Source: Camelus ferus
Lineage: Eukaryota
Direction of reading: 5' to 3'
NCBI RefSeq assembly: GCF_009834535.1
Contig: NC_045713.1
Coordinates: forward strand, 12,338,001 to 12,402,000
DNA: 64,000 nucleotides
The notes beneath the pieces are model-generated. The model was given only the letters and a program-made list of their open reading frames with translations. It searched no databases and was not told where the DNA came from. Of the stretch, positions 12,501 through 23,055 are shown in pieces. The stretch's first letter is position 1. Every line of letters starts with the position of its first letter. The translations under genes were made by a program, and so were the position numbers.

Positions 12501-15500
12501 GCTGGAAGATCTGCTTCCGCCAGGCGGCGGTTTGGGCAGGCGTGATGGACAACGAGAGCGTCTGCACCGAGGGGGACAGGCCTGTGGGCCGGCCAGAGCC
12601 TCAGGGCCGGGCGCCTGGCCAGTGAGGCCTCCCTTTATTTTTTTTTTTAACCGGCTCTTTCTAAGAAAGCTACCACCTCTATAAATCATCCCGTGACCCC
12701 TCCCTCCCATCGTTCACCCTGATGGGAAAGCTGATGTCCCCTCGCCCCCCGCCCCAGTTCAGCCCAGAATGGCCACCACTGCTGGGACGTGGGAGGGGAC
12801 TGGGCTGACGCTCCCCCCTTCCGACGGCCCTTGGCTGGTCTTGGAAGCCCCAGAGAGACTAGATGAGCACAGTGGGGGCACTGGCCAGGCTGGGGGCCTG
12901 TTCTGCCCCCCAGGGGTACCCTCTGGGGTGCTGGGCCGCACTTACCCGACTGGACGGCGGACCACTTGAGCACGGCGTGGGCCTCCACGGCACAGCCTCC
13001 TCCCGACACCCAGGCCCACAGCGGGGGGTAGCCGGCGCTGTAGGGGTCCTCCAAGCCCAGCGGGAGGAGGCCCAGCGAGGAGAGGTCCGGGGTCTCGGGA
13101 AAGCCGGGGGCCGAGTGGCTGGGTCCTTTCTTGGGCTCCTTCAGGTCGATGTTGGTCCAGGGCAGCTCAGCCGGGGCGGAGGCAGAGCCGGCGACCTCCA
13201 CGCCACGCTCTGCAGTCCCACCGATGTCCGGGTCAGGCCCGGGTCTCTCGGCCTCTGAGCAGGCATCTGTGTCACTGGGCCCACAGGACTCGCCTGCTGC
13301 CCCTCACCTCGTCGCCAAAGAAGCAGCCAGCGCTAGAAGGAGAGGAGCAGACCTGTGACTCCCTTGGGGGAGAAACACATGCTGTGTGACCCCCTGGACA
13401 AGTCACAGCCTCTCTGTGCTACACACATACATACACACACACACATACACACACACACACATGAATACCTGCTCCCCAGGGAGCTGGAACCTCAGGAACT
13501 TTAAAAGGGCCTCCAGCCACACCTAGAATCAGTTTGTCTTGGGTCGAAAGCTGGCGGTATTATTACTTTTTTTTTTTTGTAAAATACACGTACCATTTAA
13601 AATCATAAAATACAGTGGCATTAAGTATATTCACAATGTTGGGCAACCACTACCGAGTTCCAGAAACTTCTCATCAGCCTAAACGGAAACCCTATACATG
13701 AGAGGTCAATCTCCAACCTCCTCTTTTCCTCTTATCCCCTGGAAACCACTAATTTGCTTTCTGTCTCCATGGGGTCCACCAATTCTGAACATTTCCCGTA
13801 CACGGCATCATACAGCATGTGACCTTTGGTGACTGGCTGCTGTCACTTAGTGTGATGATGTCAAGGTTCATCTGTGTTGTAGACAATACTTCGTTCCTTT
13901 TTATTGGTAAGTAATATTCCATTGTATGACACACCACATTATATTCACCTATTCATCCACTGAAGGACACTTGAGTGGTTTCCACATTTTGGCTGCTGTG
14001 AAGGGCACTTCTATAAATATTCCTGTACCAATTTTGTCTGAACATCTGTTTTTGGTTCTCCTGGGTACTTGCCCAGGAGTGAAATGGCTAGGTCATCTAG
14101 TAACTCTATCCGTAACTTCTTGAGGAACTGCTGGCCTATTTTCTAAAGTGGCTGGTCTTCCACCCCCACCAGCAGCGCAGGAGAGTTCCAGTGTCCCCAC
14201 ATCTTGTTAACACACGCTACTGTCTTTCTTTCTGATTACATCAGCTGTGGGGCGGGAGGCGGTATCTCATTGTGGGTTTATTCGCATTTCCCCCATGACT
14301 CATGACCGTGTTCATCGTTCGCATGTCTGCTTTGGAGGAATGTCTGTTCAAGTCCTTTGCCTTCTTTGAGTCATTTCTCTTTCTGTTGTTCGTTGTGAGG
14401 GCCCTTTTTCTAGTCTAGGTACTAGACCTTGTCCAACATGTGATTAGCCAATATTCTCTTCCATTCTGGGGATTGTCTTTTCATTTTCTTGATAGTGTCC
14501 TTTGATGCACAGAAGTTCTTAATGTTGATGAAGTCTGATTTATCTGTTTTTTCTTTAGTTTTCATGCCTTGGGTGTCATAAATAAGAAGCCACAGCCAAA
14601 TCCAGGGTCGTGAAGTTTTGGCATCAGTGGTTTGGGAAGTTCTCAGCTGACTCCAATGTGCTGTTTGAGGACCACCAGCTGAAGAGCCTAAACCCTCAGG
14701 TAAGTGTGAGCAGACCCTGCCTGGCTGGCCTCCCGGCTTCTCTGGGCTAACAGTGCAGCCAAGTGCTGACCACCAAGCTGGGGGAGCAGAGGGGTGTGGA
14801 CCAGGGGCCGAGCAGAGCCCAGGCTGCAGACAGGAGTGTGGCCAGCTGGGGAGTGTGGTGCCAAGGGCCCCTGTGCCGTGGGACCGGGCAGGTGAGTACT
14901 GGGGGCGCCTTCTCCATCATGGAGCTAAAACACGCCCAGCTGAGATGCCAAGTCATCTGCTGTGTTCTAACAGCCAGTGGGCAGGGCCAGGACGCATCCA
15001 CACTCCCCAGCCCCGGGGATCTCAAGGTGTCGTCCCTAGAACTGCAGCGGCAGTGTACCTGGGACCTTGCAAGAAATGCAAAATTTCAAGAAAGAAGCTC
15101 TGGGGTAGGGGGTGGAAATCCATAGGAATGAGGCCTCCAGGTGATTCTGCGGCAGGTCCAAGTTTGAGGTCCCTGCTCCAGATGAGAGAGACCCTCCATC
15201 TTTCTAGCGTTCCTTTGACAGGGGCCTGAGCACCCTCCCCGCAGAGAAGCTCGTCCTCTCCCCGATCTCGAGGCCTCAGGACCAGAGGGCCAGCCCTGCT
15301 TGGGAACCGTCCCCGGTTCCCACATGGTTGGATATCCCAGCCTCGCTCCCGCCTCGGGTCGAGAAGGACACTGGGTACAGGAAGGGAGGAGGCCGTGGCT
15401 CTCGTGGGTCAGGACCTGGTTTTCTCCTGCCTGGGACAAAGCCCAGTGTCCAGCTGAGAGGCCTTCCTGACACCGTCCACCGAGGCTGCCAGCAGCCCTC

Positions 15501-18500
15501 CTGGACCGACCCCACGGGGCCCCGCCACCTCGATCACCTGAGGAGGCTGGACGAGCTGCCCGAGTGCGAGCGGTCACACTCCCGGCCAGCGACAATGGCC
15601 TTCCACGTCTTCCCGCTGAGCTCGCTCTGGGTGACACCCTGACGGAAGTACAAGGCCCGGTCCTCCCAGCCGATGCCCCAGACCTGGAACACAGAGGTGC
15701 TGTCAAGGGGGAGGCCAGAGCAGACAGGGGGGCTCCCTTCCCTTTGGGGATGTTGGGGGAGGACGAGGGTGGGGAGGGCACCCCAAGTCTGGAGGACAGG
15801 GCTGCCAATGCGGGCAGGGGTTCCCTGAGTGCGTGTGTGTTAGGGGCTGTGAGGTGGGCGCAGGACTGGCCACAGCACAAGCTCAGGAGAAGCAGGGGCC
15901 CCGTCCTGGCTCCTCGGCCTCAGGCAGACCCAGGACTCTGGGGAGATGGGGTCCAGAGGAGGGGTGGGCGCTATCGGAACACGAGGTCCACCTATGTCCC
16001 CTTCTTCCGTGTGGCCTTTGGTGGGCAGGAGCTGCTCCCCAAGTGAACTCAGAGCCTGGTCTTGGTCTTTTCAAAGATGCAAAATAACCTCCTTGATTCT
16101 GACCCCATATTCTATGGGAAGAGTGGCCAAGTGGGCCTCCTGCCCTCTGCCTTTGGGCGCTGAGGACAGAAGGTGTGCCAGGCAGGGGAGGGGCCAGGGA
16201 GCAGCCCACCTGGGGCCTCAGCCTTGGGGTTGCCTGAAGGCGGAGCCGCAGCCCCAGGTGGCCTTGCCGGGAGGCTGCGGCGTCTCCATCACTTGGTCCT
16301 GGCGGTCCAGCCTGAGTGCTCAGTCCTATGAGCACCAGCTAGTGCCTGTCTCGCCCCTGACCTCGGCGGGCCCGGCTCATCACTGGGGTGGGTGACGGGG
16401 GATGTGGGGGCACAGGAAAGGCCATCCTCCCACCCCAGGAAGAGCTTCTAGTGCAACGGGAAAGGTGTCACCTACACACCTTGAGTCTTAAAAGTAGCCA
16501 AACCACATCACCTACAAGCCGGGGCTACGCTGTGGGACCACACACGTGATGCTTCAGAGACGCTGCAGCTACAGAGTTGGAAGATCTGTTTCATCCTTTA
16601 CTCGGTGATTTGATTTCACCCAAATATTTCTTAAAAAGCCTGCCCGGCTCCAGGATGCATGTCCCTCCCCCAGCTCAGTGCTCACTGCCACTGCTCTGAG
16701 AGTCCTCGGGAGAGGGACCGGGGCAGGTGGGGGCTGTGGGACTCAGGTGGAAGCAGCCCCCTGCGAGCCCTCCCATGCTGGCATCACGAGCATCCCCGGT
16801 GGAGAGGGACAGCGAGGGCCCCAGATCTGACACTCGTGCTGCCGACCGGTCCCCAGGGGCCAGGGCTCGGAACCACGCACACACCTGGTCATTTAGCCCC
16901 ACATTCACCATCATCATTTCTCCAACCATCTCAATCCAGCTGGTGCCACAGGGGTTGTAAGAGTTGACGCCTCTTCGGAACCAAACCTGGGAAAGTGGGA
17001 AGAAACAAGCCTCCCTGGAGGACCGCTGGAACAGAAGGCTTTTTAAGACTGGGGAAGAACGAATGATTTGGTCCCTTGGTTCATGCCACAAATGAGCATA
17101 GCACATCCTCCATCTGAGTCCCTCTTCCCCACACCCCTGCTGCGGCGTCCCCTGGGCTTGGCTCCATCCCACGGGGCTGAGGGTCACCTGCTCCCGGCCA
17201 CACCTGTCCTGGTAGGTCCCGCCCATCCTCTGGCTCTGGGCACTGCCCCTGCAGAAGTCAAGGTGTTGGCTGTTTGACTGCACAGTGAGGGCAGGAGGCA
17301 GGAGCTTCCTGGGTGCTAGCTGGCAGGCAGCATCTCAAATCCAGACCCTGACCTTTGGGCTGACCGGTGACATCCCGCCCCCCATGAACCTGGGTGCAAT
17401 CCCCACCTTAGCTCAGCCTGGACGCTTGGAAAAGACCGCTTTGTCCAATCAAGTCTGCCTCTATGTCAGATAATGGTCTCAAATGATATTATTGAGGAAA
17501 ACCATTTTTCTAAATTCATTATTTGAAGAAATAACATATTTGGGGTCTATTCTTAGTGCTTTAGGAAACAGTCCCTTTAAACCTAACTTTTTTCACATCA
17601 ACTTGTAAAAATACATAAAATCCAACCAAATTCCCCTCAAGCCCACCCATCTGGGGCTCCACTGCTCACCTGGCAGCCACACCCCACCCCCACCCCAGGC
17701 CCTGCTTCATCCCCCGATGACTACCCCTACCCATTCTGGGGGTGACCGGTTACAGGAGAAAACCCTCAACACCCTTTCATAAAAATACCTAGAATGTCTA
17801 CAACGTCTCCTTAACCCAAAGGAAATTTGCACGAATATTTGTCTGAAGACTAAGTGAATTGCTCATATACATCACATTCTCTGCTCATTTAATCTCTTGC
17901 TTTGCAAGAGGCTTAGAAGTTCTGGTTTCTGGGAAGTGGGGTGCTCAGGGACCCATGGAGGGGACAGTTGTCTGTATTTTCTCAGGCCGGCATGTGGCCT
18001 GAGACTTGGGGAACTTCAGCACTGGAGACAGACTCAGACATGTGGGTGACCCACCCCCTGGAAGCTATGGGGTGCCCCTGACTTGGGGTCAGGAAGAGAT
18101 CCTGGAAGCAACGTGAAGTCAGCTTATTTTACTGGACCTGCTTCTGATAAAGTAAGAATGACGAGCTCTGGCCAGGAGCAAAGGGGCCCGTTCAGCTGGC
18201 TGAGGGTTTCAGAAAACTACTTTCTGATTACTTGAAATGTTATGGCCTATCCAGCGATAAATATGGTTGTTCTGCACTTGGTACAGGGACACACGCAGCG
18301 GGGGCACCAAACCCCTTGGAGATCACCAAGACATCAACAGCAAACGCACGGTGCTTGGCTGATATCGGATTTGTTCTAAAGGTTAACCACACTCCTGAGA
18401 ACAAAAAACCCCACAAACCCTCTACATTAAATGGAGCCCTCAGACACAGCCCCCAGGGACCCCGCCTTACTTTCCGGTCCTTGGTGACAGCCCAGACCAC

Positions 18501-21500
18501 ACCAACTCCCACGGAGACGTGCATGATCCCGTTTTCAGACATGGGAGACTCCACGATGGACCAAGAACTTCCTGCCCGGCACAGAAGAAAGCGCAAGTGG
18601 CCGGTCACCGAGAGCTCGGGGGAGGGGCTGGGCGCCCCCCTGCCCCCACCTCTCCCAGCACCGGGTGCAGGGCTGCCCACCTTTAGGGTTGTTCCTGTTG
18701 ATTCCTTCCCGGACCAGGGCCTGTCCCTCCCAGAGTGTCACCCACAGCAGGTCGTGGGGCCCACAGCTGATCTGAACCGCCTCCCCCGGGGTGTCCACCA
18801 GGGACCACGATGAGCCTTCGGGGTTGGGGTGGCTGACGTCCTCTCTGTACCACACCTGGGTGGCGGGAGAGACCCGAGGGAGGGTCAGGCAGGGTGATTC
18901 CAGAGCTCCGTGGCCAGATCAGCTGCCCAAGCTTGGCTGTATTAGCATCAGCATGTGTACGGGCCAAGCGTGGAGTCTCCAGGGGACCGGCGACCAGGAT
19001 GACCGGATCCTCCTGACCTCGCTCACCCTGCCCCCACTGCCGCCGGGATCCTCGAGTCAGATTAGATGACTCCCCACCCCTGCTGAAAAATGGGATCGTG
19101 ACACCGACACCTGGACTTTGGCGGTCCTAGAGGAACAGACCTCATCTGTCCTCTGCTTGTCTTTTGGGAACTTCAGCCCCAGCCCGAGTGTCCTGCGCCC
19201 CCTAGTGGCAACACACTCTCAGGACACCCATCTCTAAGGAAGCTGGAGACCCCTGGTGAAGTGAGAAAACCACCCAGGTCCCTACACAGGAATGTCTAAA
19301 ACGTCCATTTCTTAAGCTGAAGAGAGGGAGCATAATACAGTATTTACGGCTGAGCCATTTGCTCTTATTGTCCAAACTGTCTGGCTCATTTCATCTGGAG
19401 GGGAGTAAACTTTGCTGTGAGGTCCAGGAGGGCTGGGGACCCCCTCCAAGGAGCTGTCTTCACGCTGGGGACCACAGCCCCCCAACCCCATCACCTTGTG
19501 TTTTTTTTCTTTTTAAAATTCTTTATTAGTTAGTGAGATTTATTACTCATATTAATTTTATTTATAAACTTTAAATTCTATGCTATCTAAACAGACTGCC
19601 TTAACATTTGTGAATGGTGGGATAGGATCTCACTTATAATAAAAAAAAAGAAACATGTTCAATGATTTAGTTTGGACAGTATTTTCCAAGGGAAAAATAG
19701 AAAACAGAGTAGACTGGTGATAACCCTCCCTCATCACCACCGTTGCTCACAAATGCATGTGTTATGGAGCTCCCCTGCCCCGCTGTGCACATGATGTTTT
19801 GCTGGGTGCTTCTTCAAACACCTGATTCAGTAAATCAATCAGCAGCTGGATGACAGCAGCCCTCCCGCTCTGGCAGCCTCCCCTGTGCTACCTGCTCACC
19901 TGGGGGCCATCTGCCTGCCCAGCTCCTCCTGAGCCCAGGGTCCCGGTCACACATTTTACGGATGTCAGGAGCGAAGCAGAGCAGGGGTGGCTCCCAGCCG
20001 GCACCACTTTCCAACTCATTCTCCCCTCTTTTTGCGTCCAGGTGACCCCTGGATCAGGGCGCTGGCTGTCCCGGGCCAGCTCCCCACCACCCTTCACGTG
20101 GCTCAGAGGCAACAACTGTGGGTGGACCTAAGCTCAGACCAAGAGGGACCAGGAGGTAAGCCTGATAAAAACCTGCGGTTGCTGTTCCAAAGCCAACCAG
20201 AGAATTTTGGTCAGTTTGCGTTAAGAGAACTGAATAGTCATCAAGTATACTCTACAGCCACAGCCAAAGTAAGGGTGGGGTCGCTAGCACATGGGACCAC
20301 CCACGTCACTGCTGCTGTCAGGGGTGGGTTGTATTCCTTTGCTAAGTTCACAGACTCCTTGAGAGAAGAATCCCCTCTCCTCTCTAAACATCTACCCCCC
20401 ATGCCCCCCACCCATCCTCCCATCCAAACAGCCATCCATCCATCCATCCATCATCCATCATGCACCCATCCACCCACCCACCCATCCATCCACCCCCACC
20501 CACCCCCAAACCGTCAATCACCATCTGCTCACCCATCCACAATACTACTAGAGACTGCTGTGTAGGAGGTACCACAAGGGCGCTGGCAGGGAGCTGAGAA
20601 TCTGTCTCAGGAGACAATACTCATGGTATCTGAGCTGAGGGTGGGCCCTGATCAGTGCTCCGGGGCTCAGAGGAGGGACAGGCGGGGACCAGGAATGGGT
20701 GGAAGGTCAAAGTCTCCTGGGAGGAGCAGGACCCAGAAGGTCCACAGGACAGCAGGATCCACAGGAGTGGGGACTCTGGGGACCCCAGGAACAGGCTGCC
20801 TGCTCAGGGTATCCCCAGCTGCGGGGACAGGAGGTGAGAAGGTCTCGAGGGCAGCCCTCCTCCTCCCCCCACCTCTGGGAGGACACTGGCAGACCAGCCT
20901 CCTCACCTCTGGTCCAGGGCACCGGGGGGCACAGGCCTCACCTTTCCCTGCAGTGACACGGCCCACACAGACAGGCGGCCCACGGGCTCGTCAATGATCT
21001 CCCAGCCCCCCACAGAGATGTCGTTGAAGGGATCAGGCAGTTGCTGGGGGTCATCCTCAGCCGGAATCTGAAATTAGGTGGAAGGCAGTAGCAGTCAGCA
21101 CCTGTGGGCACCTGGGCCAGGAGGCAGCAGTCCTCCCCTCCTGCTGGACCTGGGGACATGCCACACCCCCCCTCCCCCCGCTTTCCCTCCAGCGTGCCTG
21201 CTCCCCACTCCCCCAGCACGCCGCCTTCCATCCTCCAGCCTGGCCCCAGCTGACTTCCCAGAGAAGGCAGCATCCTGACAGAGGGCTCCTGGCCCTGGGT
21301 CCCTGCTGCCCTGTCCTCCCTCTGTTGGCCACCAGGCTTGGGCTGCCATCCCCAGGAGGTCACTGCTGCCCCAGCACGGAAGACAGATGCACACGCAGGG
21401 GCTCAGCTCTGTGCTTCGTGATGGCCTGACTGCTGTGACTCCATCCCACCTAGAAGGGGGCCGATCACAGAACACGGTCCCACCGGGTGAGCCTTCTGTG

Positions 21501-23055
21501 ACACCAGCCGTCTCCTGGCCCTCTGGCGGCTCCCAGCCCTGGGCTGGCAGCCCCACCTCTGGGCACAGACCCTGCAGAGAGGCCGGGTGAGGGCCTGAGG
21601 CCTTCCTCTCATTCAAGGTCCTGTAGGACCCCAGTCCAGGCCTTGCGTCCCTAAGTTGGTTTTTCTAGGTCACTTGAAAAATACAAGAGTGGCTCCTGCG
21701 GGGGAAAGGGGAGGCATCACAGCACAGACTGAGCCTCCGCCTGGGACAGGGTGGCCTGGAGACCAGGTCAAGACAAGTTCTGTGCTGTCCTGGGCCACAG
21801 TCTGGGCCGGCTCCCTGTGCGGCCACCTCCCAAACGAAGCAACACGCAGGACTGCAGCCTTCCCAATGGGGGAGAGTCAAAGCCCAGGTCCCAGGGTGGG
21901 CCTGGTGCCCCGGGCACAGGCGGGGAGAGTGGGACTGCCCTCTGGCCCTGCTCCGCCCCGGGCCACACCGGCTCCCAGACCTTGGCCCAGGCGTCCCGGG
22001 ACTTGTATCTCCTGTACCGGATCCACCTCCGCCGCCGGACACAAGAATTCCACTTCTTGTCTCTCGTGTAGGTGGCGGGGAAGTCGATGGCATACGTCCA
22101 TCCCTGAAATACCAAGGTGGGGAGGGCGACCGTGTCAGGCTGTCGAGGAAGAAGTGAAAGAGCCAGGAGAGCGGGGGGCAGGGCACAGCATGGCCCGAAG
22201 CATCACCCCCACGGGTCCCAAGCGGGGAGTGCAGGGTGCTGGGGACAGCCCTGGGGGGGGGCTGGCTGAGCCAAAAGCGCCCCCTCCCCGCGAGGGCGCC
22301 ACGGCGGGAACTGAGCTCACCTACCCCTTTCTCGGTGGGCTCCCCTCCAAAGTTCTCATCCACGTACCAGTCCGACTCCCACTCCCAATGCGGCGAGGGC
22401 AGCGCCACCCCGTCCAGCGCCCGGTGCTGGAGCCCACTCACGTCGCTCCACGGCCAGCGGTCACTTGGCAGGAGCGTCTCACAGAAGCCGCCCACAGGGT
22501 TCCAGCGCTGGGGGTCAGGGCAGAGACCAGCCTTAGGCCCGGAGCATCAGAAGGGCAGAGGACCTACCACCAGCAACAGTGCCCCGAGCAGCAGAGGGCA
22601 CGGCTGACCTGGGCCCCTGGAACCTGCCTGGAGCCCATCCCGTGCAGACCTGGCCAGCTGCCTGGATGAGGACACAACAGGGGCTTGGGCCCCAGCAATC
22701 CCGGATCCTACACCACTTGGATCTTCCGAGGAATGGAAGAAAAGAATGCGGGTATGGGCTGGGAGCCGGGGGTGCAGGGGCGCGATGTCCCAGCAAACCA
22801 ACCCAGATGCTCGCTGGCTCGTGACCCCACCTGATTCTCATAGGCCTCCTCCCGGCGGCGGATGGGGACGTCGCTGGCGCACACATACACGTAGACCTGG
22901 TTGTCGCAGGCAATGCCCCAGCAGCACTGGGTGGCTGCGCTGACCCGCTTGAACTCCAGCTGGGCGTCCCTGCACAGCTCCCAGGACTGCCCGGCTGTGG
23001 AGAGCGTGAACACCCTCCCGAACAGGTCTACCGCCCACAGCACTGAGCTGGGCAT
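418..23055 (-). CDS. TECPR1: Tectonin beta-propeller repeat-containing protein 1, whole spliced CDS (24 coding exons; 1146 aa if the 1-nt frameshift near 13295 is corrected)
   Basis: Translated exons match recalled human TECPR1 from MPSSVLWAVDLFGRV to ...GPVCC*. Exon lengths sum to 3442 nt = 3x1147+1. All junction phases are compatible. W154 (DysF), the W175-A-K-I178 LIR and the ATG5-interacting helix TAAWRKQIFQQLTERTKRE are present. Confidence 0.97.
721..840 (-). CDS. TECPR1: TECPR1 coding exon 23 (VWVIANK...YGIG)
   Basis: ttccag acceptor; GGG|gtgagc donor; 40 codons. Confidence 0.95.
988..1094 (-). CDS. TECPR1: TECPR1 coding exon 22 (NLWYRQG...PLDQ)
   Basis: ctcctag acceptor; CAG|gtttgg donor; phase 1-0. 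Confidence 0.94.
1813..1905 (-). CDS. TECPR1: TECPR1 coding exon 21 (DCWYHIP...ALDEN), ends at a GC donor
   Basis: gtcacag acceptor; ACG|gcaagt donor; phase 1-1. Confidence 0.9.
2625..2760 (-). CDS. TECPR1: TECPR1 coding exon 20 (GSSWLHV...SQPA)
   Basis: cccccag acceptor; CTG|gtgagt donor; phase 0-1. Confidence 0.95.
3039..3219 (-). CDS. TECPR1: TECPR1 coding exon 19 (KCKLVTS...LNPA)
   Basis: cccagcag acceptor; GCT|gtaagc donor; phase 2-0. Confidence 0.94.
3664..3720 (-). CDS. TECPR1: TECPR1 coding exon 18 (SYHGYKT...CWAR)
   Basis: cttacag acceptor; CAG|gtatgg donor; phase 2-2. Confidence 0.94.
4755..4834 (-). CDS. TECPR1: TECPR1 coding exon 17 (VSDWFVD...DFPA)
   Basis: ctcccccag acceptor; TGC|gtaagt donor; phase 0-2. 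Confidence 0.95.
4906..5002 (-). CDS. TECPR1: TECPR1 coding exon 16 (GLPTDRY...QWTW)
   Basis: ctccgcag acceptor; TGG|gtgagc donor; phase 2-0. Confidence 0.95.
5211..5657 (+). mobile_element. MaLR solo LTR (MLT1A-D class)
   Basis: TG start; 'gtgtgaccttatttggaaatagagtctttgcaga' and 'ttttgtcacag...ataca' are hallmark MLT1 segments. Confidence 0.75.
6230..8470 (+). mobile_element. Decayed L1 (L1M/L1ME) ORF2 and 3' UTR fragments, interrupted by MER58 and MER5 pieces
   Basis: A-rich plus strand; 'aaagatctacataaatggag', 'agtctttcaaaaaatggtg' and the L1 3' motif 'gttctatttcttgacccgggtagtg'. Confidence 0.7.
6800..7137. mobile_element. MER58B-like hAT-Charlie DNA transposon
   Basis: 'tttttacattttaaaatggttgggaaaaaatcaaaagaag' and terminal 'tttactgtctggtcctttatagaaaaagtttgctgac'. 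Confidence 0.75.
8592..8694 (-). CDS. TECPR1: TECPR1 coding exon 15 (LARSTSN...GYTS)
   Basis: ccgcag acceptor; CAG|gtgagc donor; phase 1-2; ENQRWNP DysF motif. Confidence 0.95.
9680..9807 (-). CDS. TECPR1: TECPR1 coding exon 14 (FWRQMGG...GCFQ)
   Basis: ctcctccag acceptor; AAG|gtgagg donor; phase 2-1. Confidence 0.95.
10710..10867 (-). CDS. TECPR1: TECPR1 coding exon 13 (LALLNLS...PCDQM)
   Basis: cctgtcag acceptor; GAT|gtgagt donor; phase 0-2. Confidence 0.94.
10966..11115 (-). CDS. TECPR1: TECPR1 coding exon 12 (YVHVFLNE...DMSDW)
   Basis: aacag acceptor; TGG|gtgagt donor; 50 codons. Confidence 0.94.
11667..11822 (-). CDS. TECPR1: TECPR1 coding exon 11 (SVWVKTG...HEEKK), PH domain
   Basis: ccgcag acceptor; AAG|gtgggg donor; 52 codons. 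Confidence 0.95.
12085..12200. mobile_element. MIR
   Basis: 'ggggaaactgaggcccagggaag...cccagggtcacag' MIR core. Confidence 0.7.
12436..12581 (-). CDS. TECPR1: TECPR1 coding exon 10 (LSPSVQ...EQAVEQ), ATG5-interacting region
   Basis: cccacag acceptor; CAG|gtgggc donor; phase 1-0. Confidence 0.95.
12946..13332 (-). CDS. TECPR1: TECPR1 coding exon 9 (AGCFFGDEVRGS / GESCGPSDTDA...WSAVQS), with an apparent +1 frameshift near 13295
   Basis: ccttctag acceptor; TCGG|gtaagt donor; 387 nt, whereas the flanking phases require a length of 3n+2; the human-like peptide changes frame after GS. Confidence 0.88.
13421..13461. repeat. Imperfect (CA)n microsatellite
   Basis: Directly visible. Confidence 0.9.
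13566..14620 (-). mobile_element. L1MA/L1MB 3' end in antisense, inserted in a MER5-like element (halves at about 13490-13560 and 14620-14680)
   Basis: T-tract start; 'atattccattgtatg', 'ccactgaaggacacttgagtggtttccac', 'tttgatgcacagaagttcttaatgttgatgaagtc'. Confidence 0.8.
15538..15683 (-). CDS. TECPR1: TECPR1 coding exon 8 (VWGIGWED...SSLLS)
   Basis: ttccag acceptor; CAG|gtgatc donor; phase 0-2. Confidence 0.94.
16885..16986 (-). CDS. TECPR1: TECPR1 coding exon 7 (VWFRRGV...LNDQ)
   Basis: ttcccag acceptor; CAG|gtgtgt donor; 34 codons. Confidence 0.95.
18471..18571 (-). CDS. TECPR1: TECPR1 coding exon 6 (GSSWSIV...TKDRK)
   Basis: gggcag acceptor; AAA|gtaagg donor; phase 1-0. Confidence 0.94.
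18681..18855 (-). CDS. TECPR1: TECPR1 coding exon 5 (VWYREDV...NNPK)
   Basis: cccag acceptor; AAAG|gtgggc donor; phase 0-1. Confidence 0.95.
20392..20535. repeat. (CCAT/CCAC)n low-complexity repeat
   Basis: Directly visible. Confidence 0.85.
20942..21067 (-). CDS. TECPR1: TECPR1 coding exon 4 (IPAEDDPQ...SLQGK)
   Basis: atttcag acceptor; AAG|gtgagg donor; 42 codons. Confidence 0.95.
21981..22103 (-). CDS. TECPR1: TECPR1 coding exon 3 (GWTYAIDF...DAWAK)
   Basis: tttcag acceptor; AAG|gtctgg donor; 41 codons; contains W154. Confidence 0.95.
22325..22507 (-). CDS. TECPR1: TECPR1 coding exon 2 (RWNPVGG...EPTEKG), N-terminal DysF domain
   Basis: ccccag acceptor; GGG|gtaggt donor; 61 codons, phase 0-0. 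Confidence 0.93.
22831..23055 (-). CDS. TECPR1: TECPR1 coding exon 1 (MPSSVLW...EAYENQ); exon acceptor at 23066
   Basis: ATG in gccATGC context; cttcctgcag acceptor; CAG|gtgggg donor; 75 codons. Confidence 0.95.

Noticed and set aside
13294-13307. GT...AG micro-intron (gtgaggggcagcag) as a rescue of the TECPR1 frameshift
   Set aside because: 14 nt is far below spliceosomal minimum, and its removal would not restore the frame.
19788-19826. Possible C/D-box snoRNA (ATGATGT...CTGA)
   Set aside because: Imperfect C box, only about 30 nt between boxes, and no terminal stem.
21656-22669. 337-aa plus-strand ORF
   Set aside because: Antisense to two TECPR1 exons and GC-rich introns; low-complexity composition.
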